A program made the position numbers and the translations under genes. A DNA stretch of 58,555 bases, taken from positions 1 through 58,555 of the forward strand of contig CAZKYQ010000002.1 of NCBI GenBank assembly GCA_964556975.1, written 5' to 3'. Source of the stretch: an uncultured Ignavibacteria bacterium (GTDB lineage Bacteria > Zixibacteria > MSB-5A5 > UBA10806). Numbering within the stretch: position 1 is the stretch's first letter; every line of letters begins with the position of its first letter. The notes under the pieces were generated by a model. That model was not told where the DNA came from. It was given only the letters and a program-made list of their open reading frames with translations, and searched no databases. This document shows positions 36,347-45,272 of this stretch, piece by piece.

Positions 36347-37135
36347 ATGCCGATACTCGAAATTCAAACAATTCAATTTGAGACTTTTCTCTTTATTCTC
36401 CTCAGGGTAGGGGGAATAATGACAGTCGCGCCTCTTTTTGGCCATAAGAATATTCCTAAAACGGTAAAAATCGGTTTCATAAGTATTATATCGCTAATAC
36501 TTGTCCCAATTGTTCCCGCTCCGGAAATAGGATTATCCGCTGGGCTTGGTGAGATTTTCATCATAGCAGTCAAGGAAGTGTCTATGGGGCTTCTCTTGGG
36601 CTTTGTATCGAAAATCCTGTTCATGGGAGTCCAGATGGCTGGCCATTTGATGGGATTTCAAATGGGGTTTATGATTGCCCAGGTTATAGATCCCTCAAGC
36701 GGACAACAGGTATCCATAATAGGACAATTCAAATTTATTCTGGCTATTTTAATTTTCCTGGCTATCGACGGCCATCACATTCTAATCAACGCCGTCGTTG
36801 GGAGTTTCAATGTCGTTGCTATCGGAAAAATGGTTTTTACCGAAGCAAGCGCGAACCTGCTAATCAGGTCTTGCGTCGATATATTCCTGATAGCGGTCAA
36901 ATTGGGTTCGCCTGTTATCGTAACCTTGTTTCTTACTGACGTCGCTTTGGGCATCATTGCCCGCACCGTACCGCAAATGAATATATTCATAGTCGGATTT
37001 CCAATTAAGATCAGCGCGGGATTCTTGATCCTGGCCGTATCGTTTCCGTTTATCAGCTATCTCCTTATCAGGCTTATGAATCACATGGACACTGATTTGA
37101 CAAAACTAATGATTGCTCTTTCCGGGAGGATATAG
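36347..37135 (+). CDS. fliR: flagellar export apparatus protein FliR
   Basis: 262 aa, polytopic membrane protein. FLFILLRVGGIMTVAPLFG N-terminus. Confidence 0.93.
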   Translation: MPILEIQTIQFETFLFILLRVGGIMTVAPLFGHKNIPKTVKIGFISIISLILVPIVPAPEIGLSAGLGEIFIIAVKEVSMGLLLGFVSKILFMGVQMAGHLMGFQMGFMIAQVIDPSSGQQVSIIGQFKFILAILIFLAIDGHHILINAVVGSFNVVAIGKMVFTEASANLLIRSCVDIFLIAVKLGSPVIVTLFLTDVALGIIARTVPQMNIFIVGFPIKISAGFLILAVSFPFISYLLIRLMNHMDTDLTKLMIALSGRI

Positions 37136-38200
37136 TTGGCTGATTCATCATTCCAGGAAAAAACCGAACAACCAACTGATAAGAAAAAACGGGACGCCCG
37201 CCAAAAGGGGCAGGTTGCCAAATCTGCCGAGCTTAACTCCGTTGCTATTCTCGGTTTTGGATTGTTGTCGCTTTTCATGTTTTCAAGCTGGATGCTTCAA
37301 CATATTACCGGTGCGTTTACTTCCAATTTTGAGCTTATACCGAATGTCAATCTTACCATTTCATCCGCAAGAGATGTTTTCGTGGAGAACGGCCTTAGGG
37401 TCGTCTGGACAGTTTTACCAATGATGGCTGTGATTATTTTTGCGGGAATTGCCGTAAACTTCGTCCAGGTAGGCGCTAATATCTCTGTCGAGTCCATAAC
37501 GCCAAAAGGGGAGAAGCTTGATGTTATCAAGGGTATCAAGAAAATATTCTCCCAAAAATCTGCGGTTGAATTAGCCAAAAACATCTTTAAATTAATTATA
37601 GTTGGAACAATTGCATATTATACAATAAAAGCCGAACTGGGTAACATTTTTATTCTTCCCGATATGACGGTTGAAACAATTATAAAACTTTGCGCTGGCG
37701 TGGCTTTTAAGCTTGGGCTGCGAGTTGCCTTGGCGCTGTTGTTTTTGGCGGCGCTCGATTTCGCGTTCCAGAAATACGACCATACAAAGAGCCTTAAAAT
37801 GACAAAACAGGAAGTCAAAGAGGAATTCAAGGAACATGAAGGCGATCCCCAGATTAAAGCGCGGGTAAAGAGGATCCAGCGCGAAATGGCGCAAAAACGC
37901 ATGATCAAGGAAGTTGAAACGGCCGATGTCGTCCTTACGAACCCGACCCGTATCGCGGTCGCTTTACGATATGATATGGAAAAAGATTCCGCTCCTACCG
38001 TAGTGGCCAAGGGCGAAAGGCTCATCGCTGAGAAAATAAAAGAAATCGCGGCGAAATTCGACATCCCTGTTATTGAAAACAAGCCGCTCGCCAGGGCATT
38101 ATTTGAAATCGCTGACATCGGCATGATGATACCTGCCAAACTATACAAGGCGGTCGCCGAAGTTCTTGCGCATGTCTATAAAATGAAGGGTAAAATCTAA
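37136..38200 (+). CDS. flhB: flagellar export switch protein FlhB
   Basis: 354 aa. N-terminus QEKTEQPTDKKKRDARQKGQVAKS. MTKQEVKEEFKEHEGDPQIK. The autocleavage-site region reads NPTR. TTG start directly after the fliR stop. Confidence 0.95.
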   Translation: MADSSFQEKTEQPTDKKKRDARQKGQVAKSAELNSVAILGFGLLSLFMFSSWMLQHITGAFTSNFELIPNVNLTISSARDVFVENGLRVVWTVLPMMAVIIFAGIAVNFVQVGANISVESITPKGEKLDVIKGIKKIFSQKSAVELAKNIFKLIIVGTIAYYTIKAELGNIFILPDMTVETIIKLCAGVAFKLGLRVALALLFLAALDFAFQKYDHTKSLKMTKQEVKEEFKEHEGDPQIKARVKRIQREMAQKRMIKEVETADVVLTNPTRIAVALRYDMEKDSAPTVVAKGERLIAEKIKEIAAKFDIPVIENKPLARALFEIADIGMMIPAKLYKAVAEVLAHVYKMKGKI

Positions 38201-40287
38201 TGGCAACCCTTAATAATGCGATGGCGGAAAAACAGCCGTTTCTGGTAAAGATTACCCGGCATTCGGATATAGTTCTCGCATTGATGATCGTTTGTATCAT
38301 CGGTATTTTGGTGCTTCCGTTGCCTCCGACCGTACTCGATTTCCTGCTGGCTTTTAATATTACTCTTTCTCTGGTTGTATTGCTTGTTACAATGTATATA
38401 ACTCGGCCGCTGGAACTATCGGTTTTTCCTGGCCTGCTATTGGTTTTGACGCTTTTCAGGCTGTCGCTAAACGTCGCGTCAACAAGGCTTATACTTGGCA
38501 CGGCTTATGCGGGCGAGGTAATTGAATCGTTTGGCAATTTCGTTGTTGCCGGCAATTATGTCGTTGGTTTTATAGTATTCGCGATCCTGGTCATTATCCA
38601 ATTTGTAGTTATCACAAAGGGCGCCGGAAGGATCGCTGAGGTAGCGGCCCGGTTTACCCTTGACGCCATGCCGGGCAAGCAGATGGCTATCGACGCCGAC
38701 TTAAACGCCGGTCTCATCTCCGAAAGTGAAGCTCGCATCCGCAGGGAAAAAATATCCATGGAAGCCGATTTTCACGGAGCGATGGACGGCGCTTCCAAGT
38801 TTGTGCGGGGCGATGCCATAGCCGGCATATTAATAACTATCATTAACGTAATCGCGGGAATAGTAATTGGCGCGCTGCAGATGGGAATGCCCATTAGCGA
38901 AGCGTTAAAAACATATACGATACTTACAGTCGGTGATGGCCTTGTAACTCAGATCCCCGCGCTAATAATAGCGACATCAGCCGGTATTATCGTAACGCGC
39001 ACATCGTCTGATACAAACTTGGGCAAAGACCTAACCAAACAGATTATGTCTCATCCTAAAGCGATATTAATATCGGCAGTGCTGGTTTTTGGTTTCGGGC
39101 TGGTTCCGGGTCTGCCGACTTTGCCGTTTATGGTTCTTGGAGGCATTGTTGCCGCGGCTGCATTTTCTGCAATGAAAACTCAAAAAGCCGAAGAAGATTC
39201 AGAAGATACTCCATCGGAAGAAACCGCCGAACCGGAGGAGAAGATTGAGGATTATCTTAAGGTCGATACGCTCGAAGTTGAAATAGGCTATGGTTTGATA
39301 CCATTAGTCAACTCATCCGGCGGAAATGATCTGTTAGACAGAATAACGATAATCAGACGTCAAATGGCCGGCGAGATGGGAATAATCGTTCCTCCGGTAA
39401 GGATCAGAGATAACGTAAGCCTGAAGCCGAACCAATACCAGGTAAAAATACGAGGCCTCGCAATATCATCATCAGGTCTATATCCCGGACAGCTTCTTGC
39501 CATAAACCCGGGAACTATCACAAACCCCATAGCAGGCATGGAGGCCGTAGAGCCTGCTTTCGGCCTGCCCGCGGTTTGGATCGAGGAAAACCAGAGGTCC
39601 ATTGCGGAAAAACGAGGTTATACGGTGGTAGAACCGACTGCTGTGCTGGCAACTCATCTTACGGAGATCATTAGGTCGCATGCCGCGGAATTAATTACGC
39701 GGCAAGAGGTTTCCAAACTTATCGATAACGTCAAAACAGACCACGAGGCTCTTGTGGATGAGCTAATTCCCAATCTTTTGAATGTCGGCCAGGTCCAGCA
39801 TGTGCTGCAAAACCTGCTTACTGAAAAAGTACCAATTAAAGACCTTCCGACGATACTCGAAACACTCGCGGATTACGCGCCCAATATAAAAGAACCCGAT
39901 ATCCTCTCCGAATATGTGCGACAGGGCCTCGCGCGAACGATTACGACATTGTGTCTGGACGATGACGGAGGCATGAAATTGGCGACTCTTGATGCTGACC
40001 TTGAGAAACTGATTGCCGATTCGATTCAGAGCTCAAAGCAGGGTATCCTTGCGGTCTTACCGCCCGAGATAGCCCAGAATATTATAAACGAAGTTGCAGA
40101 AATAACGCAGGAGATGGCTATAGCCGGATACAGCCAAGTCATTCTGACAAGTCCGAATATAAGATTGGCGTTCAGGCGGTTAATTTCGGCGGCGTTGCCG
40201 AAAGTAATAGTCATTTCCTTCAATGAGTTAATGCCGGATGTAGAGATTGAAAGCATAAAAACAGTGAGGTTAACAAATGGTGATTAA
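38200..40287 (+). CDS. flhA: flagellar export gate protein FlhA
   Basis: 695 aa. FHGAMDGASKFVRGDAIAG. Eight-TM N-terminal domain plus a cytoplasmic domain. Confidence 0.97.
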   Translation: MATLNNAMAEKQPFLVKITRHSDIVLALMIVCIIGILVLPLPPTVLDFLLAFNITLSLVVLLVTMYITRPLELSVFPGLLLVLTLFRLSLNVASTRLILGTAYAGEVIESFGNFVVAGNYVVGFIVFAILVIIQFVVITKGAGRIAEVAARFTLDAMPGKQMAIDADLNAGLISESEARIRREKISMEADFHGAMDGASKFVRGDAIAGILITIINVIAGIVIGALQMGMPISEALKTYTILTVGDGLVTQIPALIIATSAGIIVTRTSSDTNLGKDLTKQIMSHPKAILISAVLVFGFGLVPGLPTLPFMVLGGIVAAAAFSAMKTQKAEEDSEDTPSEETAEPEEKIEDYLKVDTLEVEIGYGLIPLVNSSGGNDLLDRITIIRRQMAGEMGIIVPPVRIRDNVSLKPNQYQVKIRGLAISSSGLYPGQLLAINPGTITNPIAGMEAVEPAFGLPAVWIEENQRSIAEKRGYTVVEPTAVLATHLTEIIRSHAAELITRQEVSKLIDNVKTDHEALVDELIPNLLNVGQVQHVLQNLLTEKVPIKDLPTILETLADYAPNIKEPDILSEYVRQGLARTITTLCLDDDGGMKLATLDADLEKLIADSIQSSKQGILAVLPPEIAQNIINEVAEITQEMAIAGYSQVILTSPNIRLAFRRLISAALPKVIVISFNELMPDVEIESIKTVRLTNGD

Positions 40288-41680
40288 AAAATTTGTGGCG
40301 AATAGCCTTCCCGAGGCCCTCACAAAAATCAAAAAGGATTTCGGGGATGAAGCGGTGATTTTGAAAACCCGCTTTAACAATAAAGGTACTGCGGGCGCAA
40401 ACGCGAAAGTCGTGGAAGTAACGGCCGCTATTGACAATAAGGCCGTAAAAACAAAGAGGTTTAAAACCGAGACAGCGGCTCAAAAGAGCATCCGCGATGA
40501 AAAGTTAAATAACAGGATAAACCGAATTAAGTCCGGCGTTGAAAGCGCTCCCCAAAAGGCCGCAGGAAATGGCGCAGGGCAAAGCAAGGCTGTTGCCAAA
40601 CCTGAAAATTGGTTGAAGACTGAGGACTTGAAAATTCCGAAACCTTTGGAAACAGATGATGAAGCCCCATTCAGCAATCTGGAGGACCGCCCACTGCCCA
40701 GCGAGATTTTGGCGGAAATTAAGAAAGAGACAGGTGAAATAAATAGAAATTTAATTCACAGCATTAAAGACCGGAATGAAATAGAACCTCTTTTAAAATT
40801 GTATGAAAAGTCACTTGGTGAAATAAGACAGGAAATATCTCTTATTCGCAAACAGAACGATGAGACTGTTTTCGGACAGCCGAAAGGTGTTGTTCTTGCG
40901 TTAATCCGCATGTTAGTGGGCTCCCACCTTCCCGAAGATGTAGCGATTGAATCAGTCAAAAACATTTCTCAATTAAGATTAAACTCTGAAAATATTGACG
41001 CCGTATGGGAACACCTTTCAGATAGGCTGTCCGCATTGCTAAATCCGGGCGAACCGATCAAAATGGTTGATAGCGGCCCAACTGTTATCATGCTTATAGG
41101 GCCTACCGGAAGCGGAAAATCATCCGCTGCCGCCCGCTTGGCTTTCAAATACAGCCTTGAAGAAAACATTGCTGTTTCTCTGGTATCCACCGATACATTC
41201 AGGGCCGATTCAAAAGAACAACTCGCGTCTCTGGCTAATGTTATCGGTTGTTCATTCGCGTCGGCGTCATCGCCGGAAGAATTAACAGTTCTTATGAAAA
41301 CATTTAAAGACGGGCTGGTTATTATCGATACGAGCGGTGTTTCAACCATGCAGGATATGGACGAACTTTCAACCTTGATAGCCGCGTCAAATCCGCATGA
41401 GGTTCATCTTGTAGTTCCCGCGGATATTTCAGCGGCAGATCTTCATAATTTGGCGCAAAACTGCCCGATTATATCCGTGGATAAACTGCTTATCACAAAA
41501 TCCGATCAAAGCCGGAATCGTGGCGGAGTTATCGGCGCGGCGGCCCAATTGGGTTTGAGGTTTTCTTTCGAAAGCTCGTCGCGAGAACTGCCCGGACAAT
41601 TTGGCATTTTCGATCCGAGTGCTTTTGTCTCCGCAATAAAACCTATCGGCTGCGATAATAAGGTCCAGCTAACGGAGTAA
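40277..41680 (+). CDS. flhF: flagellar SRP-type GTPase FlhF
   Basis: 467 aa. G1 GPTGSGKSS, DTFRA, G3 DTSG, G4 TKSD. Confidence 0.9.
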   Translation: MVIKKFVANSLPEALTKIKKDFGDEAVILKTRFNNKGTAGANAKVVEVTAAIDNKAVKTKRFKTETAAQKSIRDEKLNNRINRIKSGVESAPQKAAGNGAGQSKAVAKPENWLKTEDLKIPKPLETDDEAPFSNLEDRPLPSEILAEIKKETGEINRNLIHSIKDRNEIEPLLKLYEKSLGEIRQEISLIRKQNDETVFGQPKGVVLALIRMLVGSHLPEDVAIESVKNISQLRLNSENIDAVWEHLSDRLSALLNPGEPIKMVDSGPTVIMLIGPTGSGKSSAAARLAFKYSLEENIAVSLVSTDTFRADSKEQLASLANVIGCSFASASSPEELTVLMKTFKDGLVIIDTSGVSTMQDMDELSTLIAASNPHEVHLVVPADISAADLHNLAQNCPIISVDKLLITKSDQSRNRGGVIGAAAQLGLRFSFESSSRELPGQFGIFDPSAFVSAIKPIGCDNKVQLTE

Positions 41681-41690
41681 CATCGAGACC

Positions 41691-42503
41691 ATGAATAATC
41701 AATCGAACGCATTGGGTTTGACATTACTTTCGGGCTCCGGAGGATCAGGAAGGACATCGGCCGGAATGGGAATCGCCGCGGCCCAGGCTCGCAACGGGTT
41801 GAAGACTTTGTTTATGGATTTCTGCTTTGGCTGGGGCGGGTTGAACATCAACAAAGGCGAATCACCTGATTTTCAGGATATCTTTTCAAGAGAATCCCAT
41901 TTTGGCGAACTTACAACACAATGCAGCGGTGGTTATGATATTTTCACATGTGCTCCTCCGGAAATTTTCGAATTTGGAAAACTCGAAATCGAGCATCTTT
42001 CAAAATGTGTTTACGAGTTAGCGTCGCATTATGAGCTTCTCATCATAGACCCGCCATCGGGCGCGCATCCTTTAGCTCTGCTTGCGGCCGGAATGTGTGA
42101 GGAAATAATTCTGATGATTAAACCCGAAGCGTCGGCGGTTGCTTCGTCATATTGCCTTTTGAAAACCCTTTTTGGGGAGGAGATTGGATCGAAAGTAAGT
42201 ACGGCGTTTTCATTTGTTGACAGTCCGGAGCATGCTCAATCGCTAAAAAACAGGTTTGACGCGCTCACCGGAAAGTTTTTAAAATTAATGCTTTCCGACG
42301 TAGGGTTTACTTATCGCTGGACAGAAAACGAGCGCGAAGAATTCTTTGTCGGGCGAAATTTCCGGCAATCAATCGATTTTGTAAAAAATATTAAATTGCA
42401 TAGGCTTAATGCGTTACATCCTGAAACAGGTTGGAGCCCAATGTCTAAAGACTGTCCAGTTGCCGTTTTTCGGGACGATAATTTACTGGATAACCAAAAA
42501 TAG
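41691..42503 (+). CDS. flhG: FlhG/YlxH (MinD/ParA-fold) homologue with degenerate Walker A
   Basis: 270 aa in the canonical position after flhF. The P-loop reads SGSGGSGRTS where SGKGGVGKT(S/T) is expected. Walker B-like LIIDPPSG. Confidence 0.7.
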   Translation: MNNQSNALGLTLLSGSGGSGRTSAGMGIAAAQARNGLKTLFMDFCFGWGGLNINKGESPDFQDIFSRESHFGELTTQCSGGYDIFTCAPPEIFEFGKLEIEHLSKCVYELASHYELLIIDPPSGAHPLALLAAGMCEEIILMIKPEASAVASSYCLLKTLFGEEIGSKVSTAFSFVDSPEHAQSLKNRFDALTGKFLKLMLSDVGFTYRWTENEREEFFVGRNFRQSIDFVKNIKLHRLNALHPETGWSPMSKDCPVAVFRDDNLLDNQK

Positions 42504-42519
42504 AGGCGGGATAAAGATT

Positions 42520-43278
42520 ATGACAACATTAGAAGTGTGGGTAAAATATAAAGAAACTAATGATACCGAAACAAGAGATAAACTCCTCAACAATTACATA
42601 CCTCTGGTAAAGAATGTCGCCGGTCGGATGGCGGCCGGTTTTCCAAAATCGGTAGAATTAAATGATCTCGTAAACACTGGCGTTATAGGGTTGATTGAGG
42701 CGTTTAATAACTATGATCCCGGCCGGGGCGTAAAATTCGAGACATTCGCCGTGCCAAGAATAAGAGGAGCGATTCTTGATGAGCTGCGCATGCTTGATTG
42801 GGTGCCAAGGTCAACCAGGTCAAAAGCCAGGAATATAGACAGGGCCACAACCAAGCTGGAAAACAAATTGGGTAGGGGCGCTTCCAATAATGAAATTGCC
42901 AAATTACTTGACATCTCATTACATGATCTTTTTTCCGCGCAAAAAGACGTTTGCTTTTCGTCTTTAATCTCTCTCGACGATACGATCTGCCGCGAGGACG
43001 ATAATCGGCAGGTACCGAGAATTGAAACAGTACAAAACAAAGACACCGTAGATGTACTGGAAGTTATGGAAAAAACCGAGTTGAAATCGTTTCTGATGAG
43101 ATCCATAAGCGCGCTCACCGAACAGGAACGATTAGTTGTATCCCTCTATTATTATGAAGAGCTCACTCTTAAAGAAATTGGCGAAATCATGCTTATCTCT
43201 GAGTCAAGGGTTTCACAAATCCATACTCGAGCGGTAAGCCGCCTTAAAGGTTTGATCCGCGATAATTTTGCGATTTAA
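42520..43278 (+). CDS. fliA: flagellar sigma factor FliA (sigma28)
   Basis: Region 2 (NYIPLVKNVAGRM...DLVNTGVIGLIEAFNNYDP...FETFAVPRIRGAILD). Region 4 (LTLKEIGEIMLISESRVSQIHTRAV). The ORF is open from 42409 but overlaps flhG; ATG 42520 is preferred. Confidence 0.93.
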   Translation: MTTLEVWVKYKETNDTETRDKLLNNYIPLVKNVAGRMAAGFPKSVELNDLVNTGVIGLIEAFNNYDPGRGVKFETFAVPRIRGAILDELRMLDWVPRSTRSKARNIDRATTKLENKLGRGASNNEIAKLLDISLHDLFSAQKDVCFSSLISLDDTICREDDNRQVPRIETVQNKDTVDVLEVMEKTELKSFLMRSISALTEQERLVVSLYYYEELTLKEIGEIMLISESRVSQIHTRAVSRLKGLIRDNFAI

Positions 43279-43303
43279 TAAACATTAAAAACTGGAGCGT
43301 TTT

Positions 43304-43621
43304 GTGATGGAACGGGTGGAAATTAATAAGGACCTCACCCGCAGCGAACCAATCAGGGAAGTTCGACAGACAAAAGATACGCGCACCGGAGAAGCTACCA
43401 AGAAACAGTTCGTAGCGGAACTTGAAGAAAAGCTGGCCCGCAAAAAAAAGAAAAAACGGGAAAACAAGAAAGATGAAATTATCCTTCACGATAAGGATGA
43501 AAAAAAGAAGAATAAGACAGATTTTGAGGAAAAAGAAAAAAACAATGAAAAAAAGATTAATGGGCAGCATGTCCCTTCGCCTGATGGTTCAAAGGGAAAT
43601 GAGGTTGATTTCATTGCCTAA
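43304..43621 (+). CDS. hypothetical highly charged K/E-rich protein
   Basis: 105 aa, predicted disordered or low-complexity (KKKKKRENKKDE...). GTG start 26 nt after fliA. No family recognised. Confidence 0.5.
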   Translation: MMERVEINKDLTRSEPIREVRQTKDTRTGEATKKQFVAELEEKLARKKKKKRENKKDEIILHDKDEKKKNKTDFEEKEKNNEKKINGQHVPSPDGSKGNEVDFIA

Positions 43622-43633
43622 GCAGGAGGTATC

Positions 43634-44026
43634 ATGTTTGTAGAAGTTGCGGTTCTGACAATTTCCGTACTAAATATCGTAGTTGTCTCAACGCTTTTAA
43701 TTGTCTTGATGAGATATCTTAAAGCAAATAAAAACAGCTATGCCGCGTCGGACGACCGGGCCGAACAATATTATGGCGATTTGCTGGAGCGGATTAAAAG
43801 GATAGAAAAAGAAAATCCTTCAAAGGTATTGGCTAAATTTGAAAGCCGGGATCTGAATATTATCAACGCTGGAACCAACCGCATTAAATCAGCTGTCAAA
43901 AGACTTCGCGAGGGGAGCCTCCCGGATGAAGTCCGTCGGGAGTTTGGTTACTCACACTCTGAGATCGGGATCATCATGGCCTCTGCAGGATTAAAATCAG
44001 AATTGAATGACAATAAGTCCCTTTAG
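43634..44026 (+). CDS. hypothetical single-pass membrane protein (positional analogue of SwrB after the sigma28 gene)
   Basis: 130 aa. N-terminal TM segment (VAVLTISVLNIVVVSTLLIVLM). C-terminal HTH-like segment AVKRLREGSLPDEVRREFGYSHSEIGIIM. GGAGG RBS. Confidence 0.6.
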   Translation: MFVEVAVLTISVLNIVVVSTLLIVLMRYLKANKNSYAASDDRAEQYYGDLLERIKRIEKENPSKVLAKFESRDLNIINAGTNRIKSAVKRLREGSLPDEVRREFGYSHSEIGIIMASAGLKSELNDNKSL

Positions 44027-44048
44027 GAAATTGGGGTATTGCCGATAA
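44022..44048 (+). promoter_or_regulatory. sigma28-type promoter (perfect -10 GCCGATAA, weak -35 TTTA at N15)
   Basis: GCCGATAA at 44041-44048 in the 58-nt gap upstream of the DUF2225-like/PilZ operon. A GAAGAGG RBS and ATG 44085 follow. Confidence 0.55.
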
Positions 44049-44084
44049 ATAAAAATGAAAAAACAATCATAGAAGAGGCGGATA

Positions 44085-45272
44085 ATGACAGATAAACAAA
44101 TACCCTACTTTATAAGCAAAGTTGATTGCCCGATTTGCGGTTTTGCCAATTCGTTCGAAATTATCAAACAAGGCTCTTACATGGAATCAGGCCGGGATAC
44201 CGACTTTGCTCCCATTGGAAGAGTTTGGAAAAATCCGGTATTTCAGGGAATTAACCCTCTTTTGTATTTCACAGGCTCTTGTTTAAATTGCCATTATACA
44301 AGAGAAGTAAATTCTCCCTTCAAAGAATGGAAAAGTGACATCAATTTCAAAACATATCGCCTTCCCTCGCAAAAGAAAAAACATCTAAATGAAATCGCTG
44401 ATGATGACTGCGTTATCAAGAGACTTGGAAAGTCCATAGATCAGAAGAAATACCCTGTTGAGTCGTCTATAATAAAATTGTTATTAGCCATCTATGATGA
44501 AAAACTAATGGACAAACCAACCTCTCTTGACATTGCCAGATTTTATATTCGAATAGCCTGGATATATCGCGAGATCAATGGCGGAGGAAAAGACGAAAGC
44601 GCATCTCCGGCGAATATGATGTTAAGTAAAATTCAAATTGAAATTGATAGGCTCAATAATGATGTGCAGGGTTTCTCCGGTCATATAACGCCCTTGAGGA
44701 ACATGATTGTTGATGATTTTGATCCGGTTATGGCAAAGGGTAATGATCGAGCTGGCATGTCGTCAATGATAAAGACCGCTGTGGATAGTGTTTATAAAGT
44801 CTGGAACTCCCTTAAAAAAGATGTTGGCAATCTTCAGACTGAGTTTAATAAAGTCAAACAGGAAATAGTTCTTCTAAATCCCGATGCTGAAGAGTCGAGC
44901 GGATTTTACGAATATCCGACCTTTGTTGACTTTCTATATGGCGTAAAGGAAAAATGGCAGGATGTTCCGGTAATAGAGTCGGAAGCTCTTAATTACGCGC
45001 TTCAATACTATCTCAAGTCATATCAGAATAGCAGAGAAATAAAACCCGGCCTTCAACAGATCCAGGCATCTTACATGATCGGTGAGCTGTCCAGGCGGAT
45101 CGGCAACAGCAAACAGGCATTGGAGTATTTTACAATTACATCGAAGCAAGCGCATGAAATGATGAACAGCAATAGAAGCAATAAAACAATATTCTCTAAT
45201 GCGCAGAAAATTCTTCAAATGACTCTTGAACAAGCCCGTTTATTAAAAAAGCCTGAACAAGTAAAAGCATGA
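44085..45272 (+). CDS. DUF2225-like zinc-ribbon protein with helical (TPR-like) C-terminal half
   Basis: 395 aa. CPICGF...DTDF...NPLLYFTGSCLNCHYT matches the split zinc-ribbon pattern I associate with DUF2225. Confidence 0.6.
   Translation: MTDKQIPYFISKVDCPICGFANSFEIIKQGSYMESGRDTDFAPIGRVWKNPVFQGINPLLYFTGSCLNCHYTREVNSPFKEWKSDINFKTYRLPSQKKKHLNEIADDDCVIKRLGKSIDQKKYPVESSIIKLLLAIYDEKLMDKPTSLDIARFYIRIAWIYREINGGGKDESASPANMMLSKIQIEIDRLNNDVQGFSGHITPLRNMIVDDFDPVMAKGNDRAGMSSMIKTAVDSVYKVWNSLKKDVGNLQTEFNKVKQEIVLLNPDAEESSGFYEYPTFVDFLYGVKEKWQDVPVIESEALNYALQYYLKSYQNSREIKPGLQQIQASYMIGELSRRIGNSKQALEYFTITSKQAHEMMNSNRSNKTIFSNAQKILQMTLEQARLLKKPEQVKA

Noticed and set aside
36349-36356. GCCGATAC octamer at the very start of fliR.
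   Set aside because: It is formed by the codons ATG CCG ATA CTC. No TAAA-like -35 lies at N15, and a promoter here would start inside the gene.
37618-38501. Long antisense ORFs (176 and 143 aa) opposite flhB and flhA. Similar shadow ORFs lie opposite motA (10384-10767), fliG (15578-16051), fliI (17371-17802), flgD/orf (29195-29716), flgH (53372-53893), rsbW-like (6206-6679) and the M6 protease (20198-20683).
   Set aside because: Each lies entirely inside a confidently identified conserved gene on the other strand. None has an RBS or recognisable motifs, and their composition is typical of shadow frames.
42409-42519. A longer fliA ORF starting at 42409.
   Set aside because: The extension overlaps the flhG 3' end by 95 nt and encodes no sigma-factor-like sequence. 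ATG 42520 follows a GAGG RBS and begins the region 1.2/2-like sequence.
43244-43570. Minus-strand ORFs (108 and 60 aa) and a second plus-frame ORF (43422-43643) in the K/E-rich region.
   Set aside because: They are artefacts of purine-rich low-complexity DNA (AAG/GAA repeats leave several frames open). Only the frame continuous with a start codon after fliA is kept, and even that gets moderate confidence.
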